A stretch of DNA of 64,000 nucleotides from a virus. Its lineage: Duplodnaviria > Caudoviricetes. The stretch lies in IMG/VR virus record IMGVR_UViG_3300037400_002732, positions 1-64,000 of that record. One strand, given 5' to 3'. The stretch's first letter is position 1, and the number at the start of each line of letters is the position of its first letter. Position numbers and translations under genes: made by a program. This document shows positions 1 through 8,186 of the stretch, piece after piece. Under the pieces are notes generated by a model that was not told the origin of the DNA, did no database searches, and saw only the letters and a list, made by a program, of their open reading frames with translations.

Positions 1-59
1 CTACATTAAAATAAGCCTCAAAACGTATAAACTACGTTCGACGTAAACACGAGTAAACC

Positions 60-860
60 ATGGGATTTTACGACACAGTAGACTTCATCGACGCATTCGC
101 CAAGGGCGGCTGTTTCATCTTCGAAGGAGAAGAAGGAGACGCACCTACTCCGCCGGATACGGATAAAGAAAATCCTCAAGATCCGCCAGAGAACGAAGCC
201 GCTACCGATACGCCTCCTACGGAAGACAATAACTCCGACGGCCAGACTCCTACGCCGCCGGACGACAACAGTCCCAAGCAAGCGGAACCTCCGCAGCAAA
301 CACCAACTGACTTGAAGCAGAACACCGCCGACACGGTGAACAGTGACGACCAGTCCAAGGGAACAACGTTCGTAAATGCCGATACCATCGCCCAGCAGTT
401 CATCAAGAGCGGAGCACTCAAGAAGACGGTGCAGTACGCAATCGGCAAGCTTACCGGACGAGGCCCAAGCGCGACGCAGCCACAAGTCAAGACGGAAAGC
501 GTGTCTATGCCAAAGATCACCCTAAGCATGATCCAGCCGTACATCAAGGCGGCAGTCGAAAAGTTCTGTCAAATGAGCACGTTCCGTACCAACGTAGCGG
601 AAATGGCCAAGGCCATCATGGAACTCACAAAGAGTCTGGGCGTAAGCCACGTCGAGAAGGAAAAGGCGAAGGCGGCAAAGGCCCAGCAGATTGCCGACAA
701 GAAGAAAGAGGAATCCAAGCCGTCTGAAGGCGGAGCCCCAGCCGAAACAGCAGCTCCAGCGGAGCAAGGCGGTGGGCCCAGTGAAGGCGATGCACCTACC
801 GATACGCCGCCACCAAGCGAAGGTGGCGAAGAATCCGCACCGAAACCACCACAGAATTAA
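60..860 (+). CDS. Acidic Pro/Glu-rich hypothetical protein, possibly an internal head protein
   Basis: 266-aa ORF with ATAAACT at 27-33 upstream and a terminator at 863-886; low-complexity termini. Confidence 0.75.
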   Translation: MGFYDTVDFIDAFAKGGCFIFEGEEGDAPTPPDTDKENPQDPPENEAATDTPPTEDNNSDGQTPTPPDDNSPKQAEPPQQTPTDLKQNTADTVNSDDQSKGTTFVNADTIAQQFIKSGALKKTVQYAIGKLTGRGPSATQPQVKTESVSMPKITLSMIQPYIKAAVEKFCQMSTFRTNVAEMAKAIMELTKSLGVSHVEKEKAKAAKAQQIADKKKEESKPSEGGAPAETAAPAEQGGGPSEGDAPTDTPPPSEGGEESAPKPPQN

Positions 861-862
861 CT

Positions 863-886
863 AAAAGCCGCTGAAAAGCGGCTTTT
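863..886. terminator. Rho-independent bidirectional terminator
   Basis: AAAAGCCGC-TGAAAA-GCGGCTTTT; identical 23-bp copy at 1658-1680. Confidence 0.85.
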
Positions 887-889
887 CTA

Positions 890-918
890 TTGGCAAGTCG
901 TGCAATAATTATTATATT
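890..918 (+). promoter_or_regulatory. Sigma70-type (early) promoter
   Basis: TTGGCA-N17-TATATT, 6 nt before the ATG at 925. Confidence 0.65.
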
Positions 919-924
919 CATAGC

Positions 925-1650
925 ATGACTAAAAAGATAACATACATAGCTGACATCGACCAAGATGTCGATGACCTGATTGCAGCACGTTACTTGCGCG
1001 ACAAGGGTGTCCTTGGATGCGTAGTGCTCGATCCCAAGCCGACTTCGGAAGTCGGCCTTCACAGAGTAGAAATGCTCAAGAACCTTGGTATCGAAGTCCG
1101 AGACACAATCCCGGAAGATACCGACACAATTTTCAACGGCGGTGCGCTGACCATCGTCGCCGATTTCGTCAAGACCCACAAGATTTCCAATCTCGTGATG
1201 AACGGCGGTTTCGTCGGCGCGAACATCGTGCCTATCAGCAAGGTATTGCCCAAGTTCGCCGGAAAGAGCGAAATCCGTACCTTCAACTTCAACTGCGACG
1301 TAGACGCTACCGTCAGCGTCCTCGAAAGCAGCAACATCAACCGAATCTTCCTTATCGGCAAGAACGTCTGCCACAACGAGCGCAACGCCGCCAACGGCAT
1401 CTGGCGTAGCCTCAAGGGAATGATTGTAGACGAGTACGGAGTGAAGCCGTCCAAGCTTATGCACGACCTTCTGGCTTGCCACGAAGGGTTGTCCATCCTC
1501 AAGCTCCACGACGAGCCGCTGGAATGCGAGTACCGCATGGTATATCCCTACCATACCGGCCTTTGCGGAAATATGACCAAGTGGGGAAGCCGCGACAACG
1601 CGTTCGGAAAGTTCAATCGCGTCTGGGCGGCGGTTGACTGGGTCGTCTAA
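925..1650 (+). CDS. Inosine/uridine-preferring nucleoside hydrolase family protein
   Basis: N-terminal DIDQDVDD (DxDxxxDD Ca-binding motif), MNGGF, FNFNCDVDA, HDLLA. Confidence 0.8.
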   Translation: MTKKITYIADIDQDVDDLIAARYLRDKGVLGCVVLDPKPTSEVGLHRVEMLKNLGIEVRDTIPEDTDTIFNGGALTIVADFVKTHKISNLVMNGGFVGANIVPISKVLPKFAGKSEIRTFNFNCDVDATVSVLESSNINRIFLIGKNVCHNERNAANGIWRSLKGMIVDEYGVKPSKLMHDLLACHEGLSILKLHDEPLECEYRMVYPYHTGLCGNMTKWGSRDNAFGKFNRVWAAVDWVV

Positions 1651-1657
1651 AAAATCA

Positions 1658-1680
1658 AAAAGCCGCTGAAAAGCGGCTTT
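1658..1680. terminator. Bidirectional terminator between convergent genes
   Basis: AAAAGCCGCTGAAAAGCGGCTTT, same as 863-885. Confidence 0.85.
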
Positions 1681-1683
1681 CTT

Positions 1684-2262
1684 TTATTTGGATGCTCGTC
1701 CTTCGCACACGGCGTTAGATGATGGTTCGGACGGTTCATATTTTCGCTTGAGGTTCCAATATTGAGTGAGCAATCGGTTATAGCAACCTTGAAGCGTACT
1801 TAACGCATCTATAACAGAAGACTCTCGTGCATTGGCACGTTTAACCTCTTCCTTAAGTTCCGCGTCGGCATACGGAAACTTATTCACGATACTGCTCATA
1901 TCGCGAAGCTTGTTATTTGGGTTGATCTTGTATATTTCCAATTCAAGCCCCTCGATCTGTTCGAGGTACTTCATCGCCTTGTCTTTGTAGAATTCAGCAA
2001 TATCGCCCTTTTCCTTCAACAGCTGGAAATGTTCTTGTGCACGTTTAGCATCTTCCGCCTCCGGAATGACATGCAGACCGAACTTGTACAGCGCATCGGT
2101 AATTTCTTGAGAGCCTTCTGCCTTGTCATAGCCCCAATACCAATTCAGCATACGCTTAACAACTCGTTCAACCTCGGTATCACTGAAGGACAGTTTAAGG
2201 AAGCGATGTTCCTCTTGTTCTTTCGCGGTAAGTTCGCCAACAGATTCAATATCCTTTTCCAT
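1684..2262 (-). CDS. Hypothetical protein (coiled-coil-like)
   Basis: 192-aa ORF immediately downstream of 2266-3168. Confidence 0.7.
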   Translation of the reverse strand: MEKDIESVGELTAKEQEEHRFLKLSFSDTEVERVVKRMLNWYWGYDKAEGSQEITDALYKFGLHVIPEAEDAKRAQEHFQLLKEKGDIAEFYKDKAMKYLEQIEGLELEIYKINPNNKLRDMSSIVNKFPYADAELKEEVKRANARESSVIDALSTLQGCYNRLLTQYWNLKRKYEPSEPSSNAVCEGRASK

Positions 2263-2265
2263 ATT

Positions 2266-3168
2266 TTATTCCTTTCTAGCTTCGAGGCCAATGGCCAGAC
2301 GGATCGTTTCCTTGAGTTCAGACAACTGTTCACTTGACTTTCTATGTTCGGCAGCGACGGCAAGCCATTCATCGACCGTAGCCAGCTCGGCATTGCACAG
2401 TCGGTTCTTAATCAGACCGCACATTTCCTTCGATTTCTCTACATCGTACGGCTGGAGTCTGATATTATTGAGGAGGTCGCATTCGGTAAGCTCCGGCAAC
2501 GGATCACGGCCTTCGGTTACATTGAACCACTTGTGCAGTTTTGAACACTTGATGACATACGACGAGTCTTCCAAACAAACTACACGGAAAGCGTAATACT
2601 CTATATAGCCATCGGACGCCTCTTGACGCACTTGACGCTTGAATATCATTCCATCGAAAAGTTCAATGACTCGTTTGATCATTTGTTCGTGCTTAAGCCT
2701 ATTGAAATTTGGCCAGTACCATTCGAACGATGGCTCTTTGCGGCACTTGTTCGCAATACTTTCAATCGCGGTCGAGTAGTCTGTCAGAGAGTCAATCGAC
2801 TTGTTCACTACAGCCATGATAGGCCCCGGCTTGTGGTACACCTTGGCAGTTCCGTCAATGATACTGTCTCGGAACTCCTTGACTGTGTAACCGCCGCTCT
2901 TCCATTCCACAAGCGTAGGAATGAAATTCTGGTAAGTCGGGCACGGAATGAACCACTGTCCACTGAGTTCGACGCTCTTCTTGGTCTCTTGTCTGTATTT
3001 TCCTCTAGGATGGATGATCCAGCTGTCGCACCATTTCAGATATGCACCAGGCTGTTCCAGCTCGGCGAAGAAAGCATCGATCACTTCGTCGGATTTGCTT
3101 TTCATCTTGGCGATTTTCTTCTGGATTTCAGCGGCTTGCCGTTCCAATTCTTCCAATGATTCGCTCAT
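2266..3168 (-). CDS. Hypothetical protein
   Basis: 300-aa ORF with AAGGAG SD and a sigma70 promoter at 3189-3217. Confidence 0.8.
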   Translation of the reverse strand: MSESLEELERQAAEIQKKIAKMKSKSDEVIDAFFAELEQPGAYLKWCDSWIIHPRGKYRQETKKSVELSGQWFIPCPTYQNFIPTLVEWKSGGYTVKEFRDSIIDGTAKVYHKPGPIMAVVNKSIDSLTDYSTAIESIANKCRKEPSFEWYWPNFNRLKHEQMIKRVIELFDGMIFKRQVRQEASDGYIEYYAFRVVCLEDSSYVIKCSKLHKWFNVTEGRDPLPELTECDLLNNIRLQPYDVEKSKEMCGLIKNRLCNAELATVDEWLAVAAEHRKSSEQLSELKETIRLAIGLEARKE

Positions 3169-3188
3169 ACATACTCCTTAATGAAATA

Positions 3189-3217
3189 AATATAGCAAAT
3201 TAGCGACTTTCATTCAA
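3189..3217 (-). promoter_or_regulatory. Sigma70-type promoter
   Basis: TTGAAT-N17-TATATT on the minus strand. Confidence 0.75.
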
Positions 3218-3228
3218 CAAATATAAAG

Positions 3229-3252
3229 AAAAGCCGCTACGAGGCGGCTTTT
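3229..3252. terminator. Rho-independent terminator
   Basis: AAAAGCCGC...GCGGCTTTT hairpin. Confidence 0.75.
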
Positions 3253-3282
3253 TATAGTTTCGTAGCGGATTATAGGCACGTA

Positions 3283-3621
3283 TTATTCGAAAATCTGCAT
3301 GTCGTCAAGCAATCTGATGATTTCCTTGATCTGCAATTTGTCGTTGGTATAGCCGCCTTCATCGAATTCTCGAATCGGGCGTATCGGACGTTGTTCAAAA
3401 CCTTCGACCGCGCTAGGTTCGCCCCACTGGAGGTCATATCCATCCGAGGTGCGAGTACCCTTGACACCAAGTACGTTGCACATCGTGGCCCAGTTCAGAT
3501 TCAGCTTGACAAGTTCCTTATCGAATTCAATCAATTTCGGATCGTCCTCGCCGTCGAACTCGAACATCCACCAGAAACATCCGTTGATGCTGTCTGAAAT
3601 CATGCACTGTTTCATACACAC
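3283..3621 (-). CDS. Hypothetical protein
   Basis: ~112-aa ORF abutting the HD gene; start uncertain. Confidence 0.6.
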   Translation of the reverse strand: MCMKQCMISDSINGCFWWMFEFDGEDDPKLIEFDKELVKLNLNWATMCNVLGVKGTRTSDGYDLQWGEPSAVEGFEQRPIRPIREFDEGGYTNDKLQIKEIIRLLDDMQIFE

Positions 3622-4176
3622 CTACATATAAAGGTCTGCGTAGGTTTCAGACTCCATTTCTTCTGGAGTCATCGACTCTTCCATCTTCAGCAAACGGTTA
3701 TCTAGTAACCAGTACTCGTTCACGTAGCGGTCTTGCCTTAGTGAATCCTTCTCAGTGACGCAAGTAAGACGGCTCAAGTCCATGTTGTCCTTCAAGTCCA
3801 TCAGCTTTACCTTGGTCGCAAGGAGATTTTCGCCGATGCGGTTGATGTAAACATCGCGTCCGTCGGACTTGCCGCGAGTTAGTAATTCAACGGTCTTCCA
3901 AACGGCGACCGGGAAGAATAGCGACAAGTCGGAAACGGTGAAACCGCCGTCTTCGACAACGTCATGCATGTAGGCCACTGCTGTAAGAATGTCGTCGTTG
4001 TACTTTTCTGCTGTAAACTGGGCCACCCTAGTAGGATGATAGATGTAGGCTTGGCTACCCTTGTCCAGCTGTCCGGCGTGAGCGAATTCGGCGAATGCCT
4101 TAGCTCGTTCCACCATACCGAGGTTCTTAGTCTGAATATCCTTCAAAAAACCCTTAATTTCTTCGCGTGATCTCAT
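3622..4176 (-). CDS. HD-domain protein, Mesh1/SpoT-type (p)ppGpp hydrolase-like (small alarmone hydrolase)
   Basis: AHAGQLDK..YIYHP..VA, MHDVVED, VKLMDLKDN motifs of the RelA/SpoT HD domain; no synthetase domain. Confidence 0.8.
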   Translation of the reverse strand: MRSREEIKGFLKDIQTKNLGMVERAKAFAEFAHAGQLDKGSQAYIYHPTRVAQFTAEKYNDDILTAVAYMHDVVEDGGFTVSDLSLFFPVAVWKTVELLTRGKSDGRDVYINRIGENLLATKVKLMDLKDNMDLSRLTCVTEKDSLRQDRYVNEYWLLDNRLLKMEESMTPEEMESETYADLYM

Positions 4177-4258
4177 TCGTTATCCTCATACGCAAAAGTT
4201 TCGGCTTCGGGCCAGCATTCACTAGCCTTACTGTCAAAATTATATCATTTTGCTGAAG

Positions 4259-4287
4259 AATATACTAATTTATAATTTGCAATTCAA
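4259..4287 (-). promoter_or_regulatory. Sigma70-type promoter overlapping a 16-bp operator-like element
   Basis: TTGAAT-N17-TATATT; AATTTGCAATTCAAAT at 4274-4289. Confidence 0.65.
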
Positions 4288-4301
4288 ATCAGGGACTACC
4301 C

Positions 4302-4796
4302 ATGGTTTTCGAAGGGAATTTTAAGGATGAACTTACATCTCAGCTAATAGCGGCCATCTCGTTCGCGCTAGAAGCAGACGCCGACGTGGAAATCGACGAG
4401 GATTCAATAGTCCGCAAGGTCATCAAGACCACTACGCACAAGTTCCACGGCCAGTTTGCTGCCAACGATCTGTTCGGTGAATTCTACGGAAACTATTCGG
4501 AAAAGGACGGCGTAAATACGCTGTCGCAGATGATGTTCAAGTTCGGCGGTTCCGACACCGAGTCCATCGTCAAGTGCGTCAGCAACCAGACATTATTGTC
4601 CGGAATCGGCAACGCATACGCCATATTCAACAAGAGGAAGGAAGCCCAGCCGAAAATCTATCCGGCCCTCGTGAAGCTTCTCGACAAGATTGAGAAGATG
4701 GCCCCAGACACTAAACCGATCACCGAAGAAATCAAGTCGATGTTCGGCACAGACATCGAACTAGTGGATACTATCCCAGCAGAAAAGGAAGGTTAA
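4302..4796 (+). CDS. Hypothetical protein
   Basis: 164-aa ORF with phage-like codon usage. Confidence 0.7.
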   Translation: MVFEGNFKDELTSQLIAAISFALEADADVEIDEDSIVRKVIKTTTHKFHGQFAANDLFGEFYGNYSEKDGVNTLSQMMFKFGGSDTESIVKCVSNQTLLSGIGNAYAIFNKRKEAQPKIYPALVKLLDKIEKMAPDTKPITEEIKSMFGTDIELVDTIPAEKEG

Positions 4797-4798
4797 AC

Positions 4799-5392
4799 AT
4801 GCAGTTGGACAAGTATATCTCCGACATCAAGGACGGAATCGAAAAGCTGAACAAGTGGCCGTCCAAAATGCTAACCGAACGCTCGATCGAGATCAACTAC
4901 ACCGATAGCAACATCCGATTGTCCGGACGAATCATCATCGCGTTCAGCGTTCCGAACGGCCATGTGAACGTCCGCGTGTCGTTCTACAACTACAACTGCG
5001 TGAGAAAGGAATCCATCGTAATGCGCGAGCTATCCGTTGACGCCGTAGTGAAGCAAGTCGAAAGCTTCGTCGATGCCAAGAAGGACAGCTTGATCGCCGA
5101 CAATACCACGGCAAGCGACAACCGTTCAAAGATAGCGTCCATGATGGCCGCGAACGGCTACGCGGTGGATTGCGACTCAAAGTACTTCGCCGTCTACAAG
5201 GGCAAGGGCGTGAAGGTCACGTTCAAGTTCACCGACTCTGCGGCATTTACCGTCATCGTGACCAAGATTCGCAAGAAGTACAGCGAGAAGGACATCATGT
5301 TCAATACCGAATTTCCGGAATCTGGGTTCGATTCGCTGAAAACGAAGCTCGAAACGGCAATAGAATCAATCAAGAACAAGCTGGTTGCCTAA
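4799..5392 (+). CDS. Hypothetical protein
   Basis: 197-aa ORF starting 2 nt after the previous stop. Confidence 0.7.
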   Translation: MQLDKYISDIKDGIEKLNKWPSKMLTERSIEINYTDSNIRLSGRIIIAFSVPNGHVNVRVSFYNYNCVRKESIVMRELSVDAVVKQVESFVDAKKDSLIADNTTASDNRSKIASMMAANGYAVDCDSKYFAVYKGKGVKVTFKFTDSAAFTVIVTKIRKKYSEKDIMFNTEFPESGFDSLKTKLETAIESIKNKLVA

Positions 5393-5398
5393 TCACCA

Positions 5399-5427
5399 TT
5401 GCTTTGTAAACGGATTTTTTCTATATT
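5399..5427 (+). promoter_or_regulatory. Sigma70-type promoter
   Basis: TTGCTT-N17-TATATT. Confidence 0.7.
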
Positions 5428-5449
5428 GTCGGCCAAAAAGGAGAAAACA

Positions 5450-5719
5450 ATGAAAAAAATCATACTCATCATGGCCGTTCTTGCGGCGGCAGCGTTCGCC
5501 GACGTCAAACTGGACTTCATCATTTCGGTGAACAAAATGGGCTGTTCGTTGAAGGAATGGGTCGAAAACGACTATGCGCACGGACAGAAGTGGAAGTACT
5601 TCGGACAGTTCGCATGCGCCGAAGAAATCCATACGCCGCCTCGTCTTGTCGGTCTGAAGCTGCAGTACTTTGCCCAGAACCTCAAGGGCGAATACATCTA
5701 CACCTACGGCCTAGACTAA
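5450..5719 (+). CDS. Small exported protein with a Sec signal peptide
   Basis: AGGAG SD; MKKIILIMAVLAAAAFA|D signal peptide; two Cys in the mature part. Confidence 0.75.
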   Translation: MKKIILIMAVLAAAAFADVKLDFIISVNKMGCSLKEWVENDYAHGQKWKYFGQFACAEEIHTPPRLVGLKLQYFAQNLKGEYIYTYGLD

Positions 5720-5983
5720 CGTGTCCTTCTCGTCCTTGCAACAGTCGTAATGACGTTCAAGTGCATTGAGAAGCGTAACGGTGTCACCCCAAATACATGT
5801 AGCCGAGCGAGCTTCCCACTTAGGGACTAGCTCGCCTTCTTTTATCTCATACGAATGGGGAACTTGATCCTTGAATACGTGATCAATCTCGACCACGTCC
5901 AGCAGCTTCTTAGCATCCTCGTTGAGCTGACGTGCGGTGTCAAGCATGCGCTTGATGGTTTCATTCCATTTAGTTCTTGTCAT
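5711..5983 (-). CDS. Hypothetical protein
   Basis: 90-aa ORF, last gene of a tightly packed minus-strand operon. Confidence 0.6.
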   Translation of the reverse strand: MTRTKWNETIKRMLDTARQLNEDAKKLLDVVEIDHVFKDQVPHSYEIKEGELVPKWEARSATCIWGDTVTLLNALERHYDCCKDEKDTLV

Positions 5984-5987
5984 CAGA

Positions 5988-6176
5988 CTAATCCTTCTGG
6001 TTCAACCAAGCCATCACTTTCTTGTCACGCAGAATGCTGACAAGGAACAGCAAAACCCCAAGGTTTCCGATAGCGACGTAGTCCATGCCGCCAATAAAGT
6101 ACAGCACGAAATTGACCACGCACCACACAACAAATACGATATTGACAAACCTGTCTTTTCTTGGTGTTCTAGCCAT
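5988..6176 (-). CDS. Small membrane protein (2 TM)
   Basis: 62 aa, two hydrophobic helices, GGAGG SD. Confidence 0.65.
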   Translation of the reverse strand: MARTPRKDRFVNIVFVVWCVVNFVLYFIGGMDYVAIGNLGVLLFLVSILRDKKVMAWLNQKD

Positions 6177-6185
6177 GATAGCCTC

Positions 6186-6533
6186 CTAATAATGGAAGAA
6201 CATCTGAAACAGAAGCGGATGGGCGGCCACTTTCCTGGCAAACGACTCCATCACGGCACGGTTGACGTTTTCCCAGTTCCCAGTGTCGATAATCCAGTCG
6301 CCCTCATGGAAGAACATTTCGTTGAACAAGTCGCTGAACTCCATTCCATTAAGGAACGATCCTTGGTGCTTTTCGTCGATCTCGCGAAGCGACTTGAGAA
6401 CGCCCTTGGCCCTCTTGCGGACTTTGAAAGCGTCAACAATGCTTATAATAAAAGAGATAATGACGCAAAGTATCACGAATCCGAAAAATACGCCAAATCC
6501 GATAAGAAACCACGAAGAGTTATCCGGCATCAT
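6186..6533 (-). CDS. Membrane-anchored hypothetical protein
   Basis: N-terminal TM helix; GAGG SD. Confidence 0.65.
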   Translation of the reverse strand: MMPDNSSWFLIGFGVFFGFVILCVIISFIISIVDAFKVRKRAKGVLKSLREIDEKHQGSFLNGMEFSDLFNEMFFHEGDWIIDTGNWENVNRAVMESFARKVAAHPLLFQMFFHY

Positions 6534-6987
6534 TTGTTACCTCTACTTTTTGAATAAGGTTGGCGGCCTCATACGCGGCCCCATGTTGTGCGTACTGTGC
6601 AAGTACGCCACGAAGTATCTTGCGGAGCTTGCTCCGCATTACAAGTTCCTTTTGTTTGTCTTCTTCAGTAATCTGTCTCTGGCCAGACGTTACTTGTTCA
6701 TCATTCAGCAAGTCATGCCAAGACTTCGAACAAAGTGTATCTACGTTACTGATGACGACACCCAGATTCTTAAAGAACGGCTTGTCTGCTCCACCGAGCA
6801 AAAGGTTCAGATACGTAATGCAATCATCGAACGTACTGAACTTCAACAACGTAACATGCTCGTTGTGGCATGCTTGCCTTACTGAGTGTTCATCAAATTC
6901 GCCCATCGTATCGATGAACATTATGATTCGTTCTTCGTCGAACCAGTGATAAATCTTTTTCCAGTCTAATTGAGTAGCCATATTCAT
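6520..6987 (-). CDS. Hypothetical protein
   Basis: ~155-aa ORF overlapping its neighbours in operon fashion. Confidence 0.65.
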   Translation of the reverse strand: MNMATQLDWKKIYHWFDEERIIMFIDTMGEFDEHSVRQACHNEHVTLLKFSTFDDCITYLNLLLGGADKPFFKNLGVVISNVDTLCSKSWHDLLNDEQVTSGQRQITEEDKQKELVMRSKLRKILRGVLAQYAQHGAAYEAANLIQKVEVTNDAG

Positions 6988-7202
6988 CCTTGGTCAGCAT
7001 CAAATGTTCGTATGACGTCGGACGAAATTTCTTCGCCGTCGAGAATCAGTATAACCCTGCGATTCAGCACGGATCGCATACCGAACAGAGCATTAAACGT
7101 CTTCTCATACACATCTTTGACTTCTATTCGAAGGTTATTTTTCAAGTATTCCTTGATTTCTTGTCTAAGTTGAGGGCTATTCAGATTATTTTGGTTATCC
7201 AT
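6984..7202 (-). CDS. Hypothetical protein
   Basis: Probable start MDNQNN at 7202 overlapping the upstream stop. Confidence 0.55.
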   Translation of the reverse strand: MDNQNNLNSPQLRQEIKEYLKNNLRIEVKDVYEKTFNALFGMRSVLNRRVILILDGEEISSDVIRTFDADQG

Positions 7203-7614
7203 TTGACACTTCCTTGCCAATTTCTGGCGGAACCATCACCCATTTTCCGTGACGTCTATCTTTATTCCACTTCCATTTGATGACATAGCCCTTCTTTCTG
7301 AGTCGAGCCATGTTCCAGTCATGGATTTTTGTTCGAATATTGATGATTTTCGTGTAAAGTACTCGTTTTTCGATCGGATTTCCGACAAAAATCCACCGAA
7401 ACACCCATGAAACTGGGTGCATACGACGTTCAGTACGCCAATATTCACGACGCCACTCGATAAATCTAAGCGACGCAAGTGACTTTGCGTCGTCTTCCGT
7501 CATCAACGAACGACCATGGCCATAAATTTCTGCGGCGCAGTCACCATAACCGCAGCCACCTGGGCCACATTCGCTTGAAGCGTAAAAACAACAGTAATCA
7601 CATACGGACGCCAT
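7195..7614 (-). CDS. Hypothetical protein with a Cys-rich N-terminus
   Basis: 139 aa; CDYCC..EC..GC..DC; promoter at 7621-7649. Confidence 0.65.
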   Translation of the reverse strand: MASVCDYCCFYASSECGPGGCGYGDCAAEIYGHGRSLMTEDDAKSLASLRFIEWRREYWRTERRMHPVSWVFRWIFVGNPIEKRVLYTKIINIRTKIHDWNMARLRKKGYVIKWKWNKDRRHGKWVMVPPEIGKEVSNG

Positions 7615-7620
7615 GCCGTC

Positions 7621-7649
7621 AATATAGCAATAACGCGAATAGCCGTCAA
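7621..7649 (-). promoter_or_regulatory. Sigma70-type promoter
   Basis: TTGACG-N17-TATATT with extended -10 TG. Confidence 0.8.
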
Positions 7650-7651
7650 TG

Positions 7652-7676
7652 AAAAAGCCTCTCTTTCGAGAGGCTT
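7652..7676 (-). terminator. Terminator of the nrd operon
   Basis: AAGCCTCTC-GAAA-GAGAGGCTT followed by a T-run on the minus strand. Confidence 0.8.
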
Positions 7677-7679
7677 GAG

Positions 7680-8186
7680 TTATTTCATCATGGACTGTAT
7701 CGTCGCCTTGTCCAGAAGCCGCTGGTTGGAACTGCCTCGGAATCGCAAGGAAAGGTCTCTCTGAGCTTGAATGAACGGCCCATCGACAAGTACATCAACT
7801 TGGTTCAAAATACGGTCTGTAACGCCTTCTACCCACTTTCTCTGGCAGAAGAGCAAGTCACGGTCGAGTACATAGCCAGTGTACATCCAAAGCGTCTTGG
7901 TAGGGCACTTTTTCTTGAACTTCTCGATGAAGTCAACCAAGCAGATCTGATTCTCTTCTTCGAACGGATCGCCACCAAGAATGCTTAGACCAGCTATGTA
8001 GGATTTTTTACACGATTCGATAATTTCATTCTCTTCGATAGGAGTAAATACGGAACCGTAGTTAAAATCCCACGTTTCCTCGTTGAAACAGCCACGACAA
8101 TGGTTACGGCAACCAGACACAAACAGAGATACCCGGCAGCCTTCACCATCAACAATGCTCATTGGATCTATTTTTCCGTAATACAT
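7680..8186 (-). CDS. nrdG: Anaerobic ribonucleotide reductase activating protein (radical SAM)
   Basis: DGEGCRVSLFVSGCRNHCRGCFN (CxxxCxxC), GGDPF, DVLVDGPF, FRGSSNQR. Confidence 0.95.
   Translation of the reverse strand: MYYGKIDPMSIVDGEGCRVSLFVSGCRNHCRGCFNEETWDFNYGSVFTPIEENEIIESCKKSYIAGLSILGGDPFEEENQICLVDFIEKFKKKCPTKTLWMYTGYVLDRDLLFCQRKWVEGVTDRILNQVDVLVDGPFIQAQRDLSLRFRGSSNQRLLDKATIQSMMK

Noticed and set aside
4177-4258. Possible riboswitch in the ~80-nt leader of the HD hydrolase gene
   Set aside because: Only short hairpins are visible, with no recognisable ppGpp/ykkC or other consensus and no complementary loop pair
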